From an uncultured archaeon (GTDB lineage Archaea > Iainarchaeota > Iainarchaeia > Iainarchaeales > DTGL01): 64,000 nt of DNA. The notes beneath the pieces are model-generated. The model was given only the letters and a program-made list of their open reading frames with translations, was not told the DNA's origin and searched no databases. The stretch is taken from contig CAZKED010000001.1 in the NCBI GenBank assembly GCA_964551725.1, positions 42,119 to 106,118 on the forward strand, in the 5' to 3' direction. A program made the position numbers and the translations under genes. Below, piece by piece: positions 1 through 11,900 of the stretch. Each line of letters begins with the position of its first letter. The stretch's first letter is position 1.

Positions 1-2262
1 ACCCAGAGCATAATACCAGAAGAACTTACATATATAATGTTGGACGAAAACCAGCTCTACTGCTTCAACGACTACGTTGAATACGAGGGACTCGGCTCTT
101 GGGAACTGTACCTCGAACTCTGGGAATACGATGGCAATGAAGTAATTTACTCCTACGGTCCGATTTCGGTCGACGTTGTGGCACTCGAGAGCTATATTGA
201 AGACTCAAGCGTAACGGTTATGCTACCAGAACCGAACGGCGAGGGCGAATACAGCGATGTTTATTGGACTAACAGCGACGGCGTGTTCATAAACGCGGTT
301 TTGGGCGATAACACTGAGGCGCAGAGCATTTACTGCAGCGTGAGCTACAGGAAAACCGACGAGCCATTCGCACCAGTGGACAGGTGGGACTTGCCGATTT
401 ACAGCGGAGAAGGAAAATACTGCCAGGGAACAATCCAGACAAGTGAACTGAACAACGGCATTGAGGGAATATACGAAATGGCCGTGAAAGCGGACTTTAT
501 CGGAGCACACGAAGTTGAAGACCAGTTCTATCTCGGCATCGACAACACTCCGCCTGTTGTGACCGAAATCGTTGACCCGGGATACATTTCAGGAACAGTG
601 ACACTGCAGGCAAAAGTGGAGGACGAAGCCTCAGGCGTGAACTTGGTCTGGATTGCCATACAGGATAAGGTAACGGGTGACCCACTACCAGGAGAATGGC
701 TGGCAACATACAATCCAGGAACAGGCTATTATGAGGTAATTTTTGATTCCACACTAGTTCCAATCGACGGACCGTACAACATTTACGTCGAGGCAACTGA
801 CATTGCCGGAAACATGGGCTCGGATTTCATTGACCCAGTAATAGACAACACTCCGCCCACGATAGAGGACTGGTCAATGAGCCCCGAGAATCCCGTGAGG
901 GGGGAAACAATTTCCTTCCAGGCAACTGCGAGCGACGACCCTGCGGGAATCAGTTCAGTGAAAGCAAGGATTATTGATTCGCTGGGAAACGAGTATTACT
1001 CTGAATTGGCAATAACAAAAAGGACACAGACAAACTTCAACTGGGAATTCGAGGGAACAATGGACACAAACAACGACTTCGCAGCGGGAAACTGCAACGC
1101 TGCAATCGTAGTAAAAGACAACGCGGGAAACACCGGGACAGCGGACGAAAACTTTGAACTGGGCAACGGGACAAAACGCGAAGGAAACGGCAATGAAACA
1201 ATTGTATGGCCGGAAAGCGCTTCTGTTAAAAAAACTGATTACAATTCGGAGAATGCGTACTTTAATTTCTGGCTCGACGGAAACTCGGAGCAATGGATAA
1301 AGGTTTTGCTCAACGGCGAGTGGGTAACCATAAAGGATTTGAACATTGACGGAAACATGGACGTAAAAGTACTGCCCGGAACCAACATGATTTTCACAAT
1401 ACAGAATGCTTCAGTCACGTCACTCAACTGGAACTCCGGCTCCAAAGAACTGAGCATTACAGCGGACGGAAGCGGAACCCAAGAAGTAGTGGTTTACGTC
1501 AACGGAAACGGAAACCCGGAAAAGATTCTCTTCGACGGACAGGAAATTTCCTCGTGGACTTATGATGCAACAGAGCAGACAGTCACTTTCACGGTTGACC
1601 TGGGCTCGCCGCACGGAATTTTGCTGAGCTGGTATTCTCCCACGCCAACCCCCACCTCGGAACAGCAGCCCGGCGGCGGAGGCCCCGGCGGCGGAGGCAG
1701 CAGCGCCTACAAGTGCGGTGACGGGGAATGCGAAGACGGCGAAAACTACTGCAATTGCCCGGATGACTGTGAGGCACAGGAATGCGGTACCTGCGAGGAA
1801 ATAAGCTGTGAAACAGGCAGTCCCGTCTGCGCTGAATTGAAGCCCTGCGTGGGAAACAACGAATGCGAGGAAGGGGAAAATTGTGCGAATGCCCCGAAAG
1901 ACTGCGCGTGCGCTATTGGAACAGAATGCGTTGCAGGGGAATGCCTGCCAATAGCGTTCTGCGGCGACGGGCTGTGCCAGGAAAACGAAACAACTGAAAG
2001 CTGCCCTGAGGACTGCCGGGGCACAATAGAGGAAACCCCCGCGCCCGAAGAAACCCCAAGAGAAGAGGCTGGAACAGTAGTTGTAGCGGAAACTCCCGAG
2101 GAAGGCGCTGAAGCGCCTGCTGGTCCCACAGGATTCTTCGGACTTGGAGCGATAGGCGACGGCATTGCAACGGTACTGATAGTGATAATAATCGCTGGTG
2201 CAGTGGCATTCATCTACTTCAGCAAATTCAGGAAAACGCCGCTACAGAAAAAATCAAAGTGA
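1..2262 (+). CDS. Cell-surface protein, 5'-truncated by the window edge (the frame is open back to nt 1). It has Ig-like repeats, a Cys-rich module, and a C-terminal PTGFF + TM + basic tail that resembles a sorting signal.
   Basis: The 741-aa ORF has no stop between nt 1 and its first Met and no signal peptide, so the N-terminus lies upstream. It carries repeated 'IDNTPP(V/T)' domain boundaries and a Cys cluster of the form CGDGECEDGENYCNCPDDC...CGDGLCQENETTESCPEDC. The C-terminus has a Pro/Thr/Glu-rich linker, then PTGFFGLGAIGDGIATVLIVIIIAGAVAFIYF, then KFRKTPLQKKSK. Confidence 0.7.
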   Translation, partial: TQSIIPEELTYIMLDENQLYCFNDYVEYEGLGSWELYLELWEYDGNEVIYSYGPISVDVVALESYIEDSSVTVMLPEPNGEGEYSDVYWTNSDGVFINAVLGDNTEAQSIYCSVSYRKTDEPFAPVDRWDLPIYSGEGKYCQGTIQTSELNNGIEGIYEMAVKADFIGAHEVEDQFYLGIDNTPPVVTEIVDPGYISGTVTLQAKVEDEASGVNLVWIAIQDKVTGDPLPGEWLATYNPGTGYYEVIFDSTLVPIDGPYNIYVEATDIAGNMGSDFIDPVIDNTPPTIEDWSMSPENPVRGETISFQATASDDPAGISSVKARIIDSLGNEYYSELAITKRTQTNFNWEFEGTMDTNNDFAAGNCNAAIVVKDNAGNTGTADENFELGNGTKREGNGNETIVWPESASVKKTDYNSENAYFNFWLDGNSEQWIKVLLNGEWVTIKDLNIDGNMDVKVLPGTNMIFTIQNASVTSLNWNSGSKELSITADGSGTQEVVVYVNGNGNPEKILFDGQEISSWTYDATEQTVTFTVDLGSPHGILLSWYSPTPTPTSEQQPGGGGPGGGGSSAYKCGDGECEDGENYCNCPDDCEAQECGTCEEISCETGSPVCAELKPCVGNNECEEGENCANAPKDCACAIGTECVAGECLPIAFCGDGLCQENETTESCPEDCRGTIEETPAPEETPREEAGTVVVAETPEEGAEAPAGPTGFFGLGAIGDGIATVLIVIIIAGAVAFIYFSKFRKTPLQKKSK

Positions 2263-2271
2263 GCAATGAAA

Positions 2272-2303
2272 GAGGCGCTCTCCGGAGCGCCTCGAATACC
2301 TTT
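2272..2303 (+). terminator. Perfect 9-bp stem hairpin GAGGCGCTC-tccg-GAGCGCCTC followed by a T-run. Candidate transcript end or structured element after the surface-protein gene.
   Basis: The inverted repeat was read directly at 2272-2293, with ttttt at 2299-2303. Confidence 0.4.
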
Positions 2304-2384
2304 TTAAAAACTTTCTCTTTCCAATTCTCTTACGTTTCTTTTCAGTGTTTTCCGGCTTGCTCCGGTGATTTGTGAGGGGGTTTA

Positions 2385-3038
2385 ATGGAAATATTTATTG
2401 ATACTGCTGATATAGGGCAGATAAGGGAAGCGGCTTCTTGGGGAATTTTGAGCGGCGTTACAACCAATCCGACGCTAATCGCGCGCGCCGGGCACAAGGA
2501 CTTCAAGTCCGCAGTCAAAGAAATCTGCAAAATAGTGCAGGGACCGATAAGCGCGGAGGTCCTCTCGCTCAAGGCGGAGGAAATGGTGAGGGACGCCGAA
2601 AAGCTGGGCAAAATCCACAAGAACGTAATAATAAAAATTCCCATGTGTCCGGAAGGATTGAAGGCGATTAAAGCGCTGAGCAAAAAGGGAATCAAGGTAA
2701 ACTGCACCCTTGTGTTCAGCGCAAACCAGGCATTGCTTGCAGCGATTGCTGGCGCTGCATATGTGAGCCCTTTTGTGGGCAGGCTCGACGACATTGGGAA
2801 CGATGGAATGAAGGTTGTGGCGGAAATACTGCAGGTTTTCAGGAACTACGGCTTCGGGACAAAGGTGATTGTCGCAAGCGTGAGGCATCCCATGCATGTT
2901 GTTGAAGCGGCGCTACTTGGGGCGGACATTGCAACCGTTCCTTTTGACGTGCTCAAAAAAATGATTTCGCATGCGAAAACAGATGAGGGAATCAAGAGGT
3001 TCATGGAAGACGCAAAAAAAACAAAACAGAAAATCTGA
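2385..3038 (+). CDS. tal: Transaldolase, short archaeal type (fructose-6-phosphate aldolase family)
   Basis: The 217-aa ORF matches the family across its whole length: [49 protein letters not shown]. It is nearly collinear with the M. jannaschii-type transaldolase as I recall it. A GAGGGGG ribosome-binding site precedes the ATG. Confidence 0.9.
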   Translation: MEIFIDTADIGQIREAASWGILSGVTTNPTLIARAGHKDFKSAVKEICKIVQGPISAEVLSLKAEEMVRDAEKLGKIHKNVIIKIPMCPEGLKAIKALSKKGIKVNCTLVFSANQALLAAIAGAAYVSPFVGRLDDIGNDGMKVVAEILQVFRNYGFGTKVIVASVRHPMHVVEAALLGADIATVPFDVLKKMISHAKTDEGIKRFMEDAKKTKQKI

Positions 3039-3075
3039 ACAACAACCGGGAAAAAACAAAAAAGCGGTTTTGTGG

Positions 3076-3903
3076 ATGGGGAAAACACTTTCAAAAAAGG
3101 AAGAGGGAGAACTGCGGGAAATCGCGAGGAAAATACGCGTAATCTCGCTTAAAATGACAACAAAGAGCGACTCCGGGCATCCCGGCGGATCGCTAAGCGA
3201 AGCGGACATTCTCGCAGTGCTCTACTTTCACAAAATGAATTACAACGCAAAGAATCCGGAGGACCCGAAAAGGGACAGATTCATTTTAAGCAAGGGGCAC
3301 GCCTGCCCCGGGCTGTATGCTGCGCTTCACCTGAAGGGTGTTATTCCCGAAAAGGAACTCTGGAGGTTCAGGGAAATCAATGGAATGCTGCAGGGGCACC
3401 CTGACAGGAAAACCCCGGGAATTGAAACAATTTCCGGCTCGCTGGGGCAGGGCTTCAGCGTTGCGTGCGGAATGGCCCTCGCGGGAAAAATGGACGGAAA
3501 AAAGCACAAGGTGTATGCGCTGCTCGGGGACGGGGAAATACAGGAAGGAATTATATGGGAAGCGGCAATGTTCGCCGGCTTCCACAAACTGAACAATCTC
3601 GTGGCAATAGTGGACAAGAACGGCTGCCAGAATGACGGTTACGTAAAGGACATTCTTGACGTTGCGCCCATTGCGGGCAAGTTCAAAGCCTTCGGCTGGA
3701 ACACGCTGGAAATCAACGGGCATGACGTGCGGGAGATTGCCGCTGCGCTTGACCGCGCGGACAAGTCGGAAAAACCGTTTGTGATTGTTGCAGAAACGGT
3801 AAAAGGGAAAGGCGTTTCTTTCATGGAGAACGACCCGCAATGGCACGGGAAGGCAATCTCAAAGGAGAAACTGGAAAAGGCACTTAAGGAGCTGGGGGAA
3901 TGA
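3076..3903 (+). CDS. tkt: Transketolase, N-terminal (TPP-binding) subunit of a split enzyme
   Basis: Motifs GHPGGSLSEADILAVLYF, SKGHACPGLYA and GDGEIQEGIIWEA. I chose the ATG at 3076 (MGKTL...) over the track start at 2971, because the 2971 start would overlap the tal 3' end by 68 nt. Confidence 0.85.
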   Translation: MGKTLSKKEEGELREIARKIRVISLKMTTKSDSGHPGGSLSEADILAVLYFHKMNYNAKNPEDPKRDRFILSKGHACPGLYAALHLKGVIPEKELWRFREINGMLQGHPDRKTPGIETISGSLGQGFSVACGMALAGKMDGKKHKVYALLGDGEIQEGIIWEAAMFAGFHKLNNLVAIVDKNGCQNDGYVKDILDVAPIAGKFKAFGWNTLEINGHDVREIAAALDRADKSEKPFVIVAETVKGKGVSFMENDPQWHGKAISKEKLEKALKELGE

Positions 3904-4868
3904 ATGCGCTGAGGAAACCGGGAGAATTTGCTGCAACGCGCGACGGCTACGGAAAGGCGCTGAGGGAAATGGGCGCAAGAGACAAGCTCGTTGTGGCCGT
4001 GGATGCCGACCTCGCTTCCTCAACCCGCACTCTCTGGCTACGAGAGACTGCTCCGGAAAGGTTTTTTTACTCGGGAATAAGCGAAATGAACGCCGTTGGC
4101 CTTGCCACTGGACTGGCGCTCGAGGGGAAAAAGGCTTTTGTTTCAAGCTTTGCAATGTTTTTGACGGGAAGGGCATTCGAAATAATAAGGCAGAGCGTCT
4201 GCTATGGCAATGTTCCTGTAAAAATCGTGGGGTCGCATGCGGGAATTTTTACAGGCAAGGATGGACCGACAGCGCAGGCAGCCGAGGATATTTCGTTGAT
4301 GCGGACTGTGCCGAGAATGAACGTGATAGTGCCAGCGGATGCAATTGAAGCGGAGAAGGCAACGTGGTTTATGAAGGATTTTAATGAACCATGCTATCTG
4401 AGAACGAACAGGGAGAAAAGCGCTTTGATTTTCAATGATGATTACAAATTTGAATTCGGAAAAAGCGTGCTGCTCAGAAAGGGAAGCGATGCAGCAATAA
4501 TTGCCTGCGGCGCCCTTGTTCCCGTTGCACTGCAGGCATCGCTCCTGCTCGAAAAGGAGGGCATTTCATTGAGGGTGATAAACATGCACACAATAAAGCC
4601 CACAGACAAAAATGCAATTCTTAAGGCTGCAGGGGAAACGCGCGCAATTGTTACAGCGGAAGACCACCAGGTGAACGGCGGTCTTGGGAGCGCTGTGGCA
4701 GAAGTGCTCGCGGAGAACAACTGCATCATTCCTTTCAGGAGGCTGGGGCTCGAGGACATATTCGCGCAAAGCGGTTCCTCCGCGGATTTGTTCCAGAAAT
4801 ACGGCTTCACAAAGGAAAACATCGCGGCAAAAGTGAGGGAACTCCTCGGAAAAAAGGGCAAAAAATAA
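3900..4868 (+). CDS. tkt: Transketolase, C-terminal (pyrimidine-binding plus C-terminal domain) subunit
   Basis: The 322-aa ORF carries DGYGKALREMG, VVAVDADLASST, TGLALEGKKAFVSSFAMFL and GSHAGIFTGKDGPTAQAAEDI. Its start codon overlaps the upstream stop (ATGA), indicating translational coupling. Confidence 0.85.
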   Translation: MNALRKPGEFAATRDGYGKALREMGARDKLVVAVDADLASSTRTLWLRETAPERFFYSGISEMNAVGLATGLALEGKKAFVSSFAMFLTGRAFEIIRQSVCYGNVPVKIVGSHAGIFTGKDGPTAQAAEDISLMRTVPRMNVIVPADAIEAEKATWFMKDFNEPCYLRTNREKSALIFNDDYKFEFGKSVLLRKGSDAAIIACGALVPVALQASLLLEKEGISLRVINMHTIKPTDKNAILKAAGETRAIVTAEDHQVNGGLGSAVAEVLAENNCIIPFRRLGLEDIFAQSGSSADLFQKYGFTKENIAAKVRELLGKKGKK

Positions 4869-4970
4869 CAAAAAAAGGTCTTATACATAACAGAAATTTC
4901 GGGATTTCCGCGCTTTCCGCAAAAAATCCGAAGAAAAAAGCGGGAAAAAAAGTCTGAAAAAGGTTTTTTC

Positions 4971-5642
4971 ATGGCGGGAAAAAAGGGCAAAAAAATACTG
5001 ATTGCGCCCAGCATTCTGTCCGCGGATTTCGGCAGGCTCGACAGGGAGATAGAAGAAGTGCAGGATGCTGCTGACTTTGTCCATGTGGATGTTATGGACG
5101 GCGTTTTCGTGTCCAACATTACTCTGGGGAACGCTGTTCTCGGGAAAATTAAATCGAAGAAGCCGCTTGATGTTCATTTAATGATTGTTAATCCCGAAAA
5201 GCACGTGGAAAAATTCGCGGAAGCAGGCGCCTCAATTATTTCATTCCACGCGGAATCGACAAGTGATGCAGTTAAAACAATTTCCCTTATCAGCGATGCG
5301 GGCGCAAGACCCGCGCTCGCACTCAAACCGGGAACGCCGCTCTCGCAGGTTGAAGAACTGCTCGAGCTTGTTGATTTTGTCCTGCTCATGACTGTCGAGC
5401 CGGGCTTTCCGGCGCAGGAATTCATGAAGTCTGTACTCTTAAAAATAAGGGCGCTCAGGGAAATGAAGCCCAAAATGGACATTGAAGTTGACGGCGGAAT
5501 CAGCCCTGGAACAGCCGGTCTCGCGGCAAGGGCAGGGGCAAACGTGCTTGTCGCCGGCTCCGCGGTTTTCGGAAAAAAGGACAGGGTTAAGGCGATTGAG
5601 GAAATAAGGAACGCCGCGGAGAGGGCTCTCGCGGGAGAATAG
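4971..5642 (+). CDS. rpe: Ribulose-phosphate 3-epimerase
   Basis: The 223-aa ORF carries ILIAPSILSADFGRL, HVDVMDGVFVSNITLG, VHLMIVNPE, MTVEPGFPAQEF and VDGGI, matching Rpe across its full length. Confidence 0.9.
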   Translation: MAGKKGKKILIAPSILSADFGRLDREIEEVQDAADFVHVDVMDGVFVSNITLGNAVLGKIKSKKPLDVHLMIVNPEKHVEKFAEAGASIISFHAESTSDAVKTISLISDAGARPALALKPGTPLSQVEELLELVDFVLLMTVEPGFPAQEFMKSVLLKIRALREMKPKMDIEVDGGISPGTAGLAARAGANVLVAGSAVFGKKDRVKAIEEIRNAAERALAGE

Positions 5643-5652
5643 CAAAAGGGAA

Positions 5653-5675
5653 AAAGCGCTCTCCGGGAGCGCTTT
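5653..5675 (+). terminator. Hairpin AAAGCGCTC-tccgg-GAGCGCTTT after rpe. It is nearly identical in sequence to the hairpin at 2272-2293.
   Basis: A perfect 9-bp inverted repeat was read directly. It shares the core GCGCTCTCCGG(A/G)GCGC with the element at 2274-2291. Confidence 0.35.
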
Positions 5676-5986
5676 ATACATAAAAAATTCAGGAACTTTT
5701 TTTGCATTTTTTCTATTTCATTCCACAGAGAAACCCAAGTATTCGGCATTCTTTCAAGCGAAAGTATTTTAAATATAAAGACTATAATTTTACAGAGAAA
5801 ATTAAAGTGAAACATTACGAGTTTGTAGATTCTACAACAAAGCAAAGGGGTTAAATTTGAGTTTCACTAAGAGAGGCAAATTTTTAAGTGGACAGAATAG
5901 GCATACGCACAGCCCTGCTTTTTCTCAATCCTATAAGCTTAATAAAATAAAGAAAAATAAAAGAGGAGTTTAGGAGGTAATTTGAA

Positions 5987-8900
5987 ATGAACTGCAAAGG
6001 TGCCGAGAAAAATTCCAAGAACGCGTTAACCAACTTCAAAGGAGAGAGAAGCCCGCCGGGGTTTTCCCAAACAAAACGTTTATTGCTCTTTGCAGTCCTC
6101 TTTACCTCTTTGCTCCTAGCCATCGGCACCGCCTCGGCAACCTTCAGGGTTCGTGGGGACTTCCCGGACACAGGTTTGAACTACAGGGTTGAAGCATATG
6201 ATACGGCACAGGCGAACATGTGCGACGGAACACCCGACAACCCGGGAGTGGATGTAAACTATTTCAGTTCAGTATATGCCGCGGGAGACAGCTCATATGA
6301 TGACGATGACGACTATGACGAAACTTCAGGCAGCGACCTTGGGGGGGCTACTCTCGTATACTTCTACCTCTGCGGTCCCGGCGGAAACGCCGCGGCAAAG
6401 GTTGTTGAATTCACAAAAGTGGTGAACGATGGAGACGACCTGGAAATAGACATTGGTTATGTGAACGGTGGGGGGAACACTCACAACAATCTGACAGGAG
6501 ACTACGTGTTCGTGTGCAGCGCTTACGGCGGCTACCTGCTTAGCAGCGTGAACAAGCAGCCAACCGACGGAGAGGGCTACACCCAGTACTTCTATATTGA
6601 CAAGAACTCTGTCGGCACTGACGCGGACAACCCCATTGATACAGCGTATGTTTTCTTCGACAACGACACAACCAATCCCTGCACATGGGATGATTCAAAA
6701 ATGGCGGGAAGGGCAATTGACTTGAACGCCTCCACTCCGGACAACTTTGGCGTTTATGCAACATACGAGCCGGACCAGTTGTCTTCGGGAGACACCCACA
6801 TGGTTTTGAGGGACGCGAACATTGCCGTTTACAATTCAAGCGGTAAAAACGTCGGACTTGCACACGTTGGCTCTTTCGCCGACGGGGACGGAACGCTTGT
6901 CGACTATAACATGTACTTCGACAACCCGGCTTCCGGGAACCTAACAATAGTTTTAACTCCGGACGGAACCCCTGTCTCCACAGCGCACAAAACAAACGTT
7001 TATAATGTTGACAGGACAATTTTTTCCGGAGGAGACTACGACTTTGTAGTGGACGTCAACGAAGCAACGGGAATTTCAACCGCGCTCAACAAAGTGCGGG
7101 TGAACATGAGCAAGGACACCGACGCTGTTTATTACCAGACAGTTCCCACAACAAGCGGGGCTACTAAAGTATACGACCTGTTTATTGACAACAACGGGAC
7201 TGGATGGGACGACATACAGTACATGATTGGCGACGTGAACGAATTCATTGCCAAAAGAAACCTGAGTTCTGAAACCGACAGGCCAATCGATGTGGCAAGA
7301 GTGTACGGTGAAACGGACGCAAACCTTGAATCGGGAGACGACATGATTGAAATTTACTCCGATTCAAACTGCGCGGATGCAAACATTTTGAATTCACAAA
7401 TAGAATACCCGACCGAAACTGCAGGGGGAAACGACTACAACCAGTTCTTTGATGTCAACGGAAAGGCAACATTTTACATGAAGATTAAAATGAGAGACGG
7501 AGCAAACGACTACAACACGTGCGGGAACGCATTCACACTCACAAGCCAAGAAGCCAACCAGGACATTACCGTTGATGTGACGGGAAAAGTGCCTGACGGA
7601 AACATTTCAGTTATAGCAGTAGACATTGACCAAGATGGAACGGACGATGCAAACACAGTCAATGTACATTCAGGCGTCTACCACGTGTTCAGTGTTACTG
7701 ATGCAACGCTAGATGAAAATGTTATATTTTACAATGGGCCTTATGCAAACGATACAGTAGAACTGACTAGAATAGAAGACCTCTCTACAGCGGGAACAAA
7801 AACAGTCAACGTTGCAATGGTTTCAGGAAGCACGCACACAATTCTCAACGACGGGGATGCAGAGGACATTATAACAATTCACAGCGACGGAGCCTGCACA
7901 ACGCTTTTGAGCAGCAAGAACGAAAACCCGCTTACGGCAAGAACGCCGGACTACAACCAGTACTATGAATCAAACGGGGACATCAACTACTACATTAAAG
8001 TGAACGCAAGGCGCAATGCAACAGACTACGTTTCCTGCATAAGGCTGGCCGGCTCGGGAAACGGCGCAGTTGACAATATCAACATTGACCAGGCAATTGA
8101 CGGAAACGCACCGGTTGACGTGCACAGGGTTGGAATCGACTGGACCACAGCAAATACAATCAACGACGTAAATTCGGATGTTGTTGGCACGGGCTTCCTG
8201 GCATTCACGCCATCGGCAAGCGCGGGGGCAGAAGCAAATATAAGGTTCTTCGACGCGAGCGGAAAACTCCTCCTGAGCAGGCAAAAGGATTTAAGTACAG
8301 GGGGAAAACAAGACATAAACGTTGCAAACGTGGGAGGAGACGCTCACACAGTGCTGGAACAGGGTTCGAGCACTATAGCCGTTTACAGTGGGTTTGACAA
8401 TACGACAGGCGCATTGTCAACGCTCGTGAGTTCCGAAACAGTTAACCCCGCGGATGCAGGAGGCGCTGACTACAACCAGTACTTTGAATACAGCGGCATT
8501 GACCAAAACTATTTCCTTAAAGTAACCGTTGTAAAGAACGGCGTTTCCTACGACACAAACGGAAACGTTTTCATGGTGGACAACACGCACTTTACGGGAA
8601 CAACATTCATTGACCACACCGATATGACAATTGACTTGACGGTCGACAAGGACGGAAATGTTACATCGGACATTCACAACGTGGGAATCGACTACAACCA
8701 GGACGGAGTAATGGAAGCATTCGCCCAAGTGCACGGAGGACAGTACCACTTGGTTGCACAGCCAGACGCTGACGGAGTGGACGTGAACTTCTACGACAGC
8801 GGGAGAAACAGCGTTTTCGGAACGAAAAGAGCAGCGCTTACCGCGGGAAACGTGAAAATCAACGTGAGCAAGGTTTCGGGAGAACTGCCGAGCGGGTTTG

Positions 8901-11900
8901 AGGGAGACAATGCCTACCTGCAGTTTGACACCAACACTTGCACAATTAACGTATACGGGGACTTTAACGCAGTTGCAGCCACCCTGACCGGCACTCCGGA
9001 CTACACGCTTTACTATGACGCAAACGGAACGGACTACAATGTTGTATTCTGCGACGACGATACGGCGGTGGCAAAGACTGAACTCTATGTTCCCTTTACC
9101 TCGGACTCAAACGGAAGCGTGAGCAGGATAATCAGCGCGGGAAAGGTTTCAGGAGAAGCGCACGCAGGCCTTGAGGGAGCAAACGGAAGGGTAAGGATTT
9201 TCTCGGATTCAAGCTGCACTGCGGGCAACGAAATAAGCACGCATATCGCTCCAACTACCGACGGAACCAACGCGGACTACAATATTTTCTTCTACTCTCA
9301 CATTGGCGCAGGCACTTACTATTTGCAGGCGGACAGGGCCTCAACATTCGCAACCTGTCAGTCATTCGACCTTGATGCGAACGGCGGAACAATGCCGTTG
9401 AACATTGATGTTGAAGTGGAAGGAGAGGTTCCCACGGGCGTTGGCAAAATAAGAACTGATGTGAACAGCGCTTTCACAGCCGACATTTCCGCAAACCAGT
9501 ACTACATTTACGCGGGAAAGGGAGATGCAAGCGATATAGTGTACTTCGAGGACGGCGGGGACACAGTCCTTTACAGGACAACGCAGGACATGTCGGGAAA
9601 CGTGGCAAGCCTCGACATTGGAAGGATTGACGGAAACCTGCACGCAAACATTAGCACGGACGACAACGTGCAGGTGTACAACGACGCTCACTGCGTTACA
9701 TTGAGGAGCAGCGAGGACGTGAACGTTGACACAGCGAACTCAAACGTTTACTCGCGCTACTTTTACTCCGATAACGCAGGCAACATTTTCCTCAAAGTGA
9801 GAGAAGGAAACTACAGGGAATGCATTTCTGTGGAAGAAGGAGACCAAAAGGCAACGATAAAAAACTATGATTTGAACTTTTTGGTTTACGGAAACCTCGG
9901 GGGAGACGTTAATGTAATAAAACTGGATTTGGCGCAGGACGGAACGGATGAAATAGACGCAAACATTGACGAAACAGCAACACCTAACACTTATAAAATC
10001 TACTTCGACGGAAAGGACGGAAACGCAACATTTGACATAAACTTTTATAACGTAGGAACCAAAAGGCTGCAATTAGCAGGAAAGGATGCAACAAGCGACC
10101 TGAACGTGCACGTCGGAAGGGTTGCAGGAGAAATGCACGCAAACGCGAGCGCGGGAGCAAACGATGCAGTCACGGTTTACGTTACCTCCGACTGCGAAAC
10201 AACGCTTGTAAGCAGCCAGACAGTCAATGCAACCGCTGCTGCCGGAGTCGACTACAGCCAGTACTTTGAGGGAGACGACACGGGCACATACTACGTGCAG
10301 TTGGCAAAAGACGGAAAGGCGAGAACATGCTCAAGCGGAATAACGCTCTCAAACCAAGAGAACACAAGCGTTGACTTCAACTATGAAATAACCGGAATAA
10401 TCCCGAACAGGGCATCGCTCGCAACAAAAGACATTAATGCAATAAAAGTCGCCAATTATATAGGAAGGGCGGTACAGCACGACTACAATATGTACGTTGA
10501 AGGGGAAGGCCTTACTGCAACTGAAACAATCGCGTTCTATGACGACAACGCGGCAACTGCAACACTGCTGCTTACGAGGACAAAGGACCTTTCAAGCGGA
10601 AACACTATTGACGTGAACGTTGCATACGTGAGCGGTCCGACTCACGCAATCCTGACCGCAACGGACGACATCAACGTGTGCAACATGGTTCCGGCGAGAA
10701 CCACCACAGCGCCGGGATACTTCGGCAACTGCGACGTGCCCGGATTCAAGGTAAGCAGCGAGGACAGCACGAATGCGAACGACTTCAATGTCTACTTTGA
10801 ATACGACGGCAACTCGACATACTTCCTTGAAATCGTGGACACCAACGTAAGCACAGACTACAATTCATACCATAAAATAAAGAATGCAACAAAGGGCGCA
10901 ATACTCTATGTTCCCTTGGACGGGGTGTTCAACGGAAAAGTAACGGAGGAATACGACACAAGCATTGGAATCGCGGATGCAAACGTTGAATTGAGGACAG
11001 GCGCTGACGGAACGGACTGGAACGCATACACTTTCACCGTGAGCGACGGAAACTATGCGGCATTCGGCAACACCCTTGCAGGCGAACAGGACTTCAGGTT
11101 CTCCAAAGCAGGATACATTACAAGGGACTGGTCAACGAACGCGGGACAAATGAAAGACCAGCAATTGTCAGCCACACTGGACACAAACCTGCCGTCAGGC
11201 GTATACGTAACAGTGGTGGATTCCGGAGGACAGCCCATTACGGACGCGAACGTTGCACTGCTGAGCGATGTTACAACCACGCCGCACACCGTGCTGACCG
11301 GCTGCGTAAAGCCATCAGGACGCTGTCAGAGGGACAGCAACAACTATGCAGGCGGAGTTTACACATTCTCGGGATTCACGCTGCCCGACGACATTGTAAT
11401 CAAGGTTTCAAAGCCGGGATACGAAACAGTGCTTGTCCCGGACTACAACGGAGGAACAGCAGTATACCACACCGTCACAAGTTCGAGCCAGTGGGCTCCA
11501 ACAATAACGTTCACTAACGTTGCCCCAGGCGCTGTTTCATTGAGAACTCCGCTGGACAACACATACGAGTCAACTACTACGCCCACACTTAAATGGTTCG
11601 ACTTAAACGTGGACGAAATAAACTACAAAGTGCAGGTGGACGACGACTTCAACTTCGGCTCAATGGCGGTGAACACCTACACCGGGGGAGGAAACATTGT
11701 CGCATACACCGTGCCTGCTGCAACGCTGGCCAACGGCTCAACCTACTACTGGAGGGTAAGAGCCTACGATGGAGTTAGCGATGGCGACTGGTCGGATATT
11801 AGGAGCTTCACGATTGACGGCACTGCCCCGGCTGCACCCACAATAGGAATCAACACAAACGAGGTATACGTAAACACAGTGTCAATAACGGTAACTGTTA

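Noticed and set aside
1746-2213. 155-aa minus-strand ORF inside the first surface-protein gene
   Set aside because: It is antisense to the Cys-rich and linker region. Its Ser/Pro/Ala-rich translation is an artefact of the GC-rich acidic coding strand.
2971-3075. Longer N-terminal extension of the transketolase N-subunit, starting at 2971 and overlapping tal by 68 nt
   Set aside because: The extension is lysine/arginine low-complexity read from the A-rich 3' end of tal. The ATG at 3076 gives a canonical transketolase N-terminus without the overlap.
4442-5845. 225-aa and 223-aa minus-strand ORFs overlapping tktC and rpe
   Set aside because: They are antisense to genes with unambiguous full-length family matches.
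5643-5986. 344-bp non-coding gap searched for tRNA or ncRNA
   Set aside because: It is AT-rich with no cloverleaf-compatible GTTC-arm or GGTTCGAATCC-like motif. It is most likely the promoter and 5' region of the 3140-aa gene.
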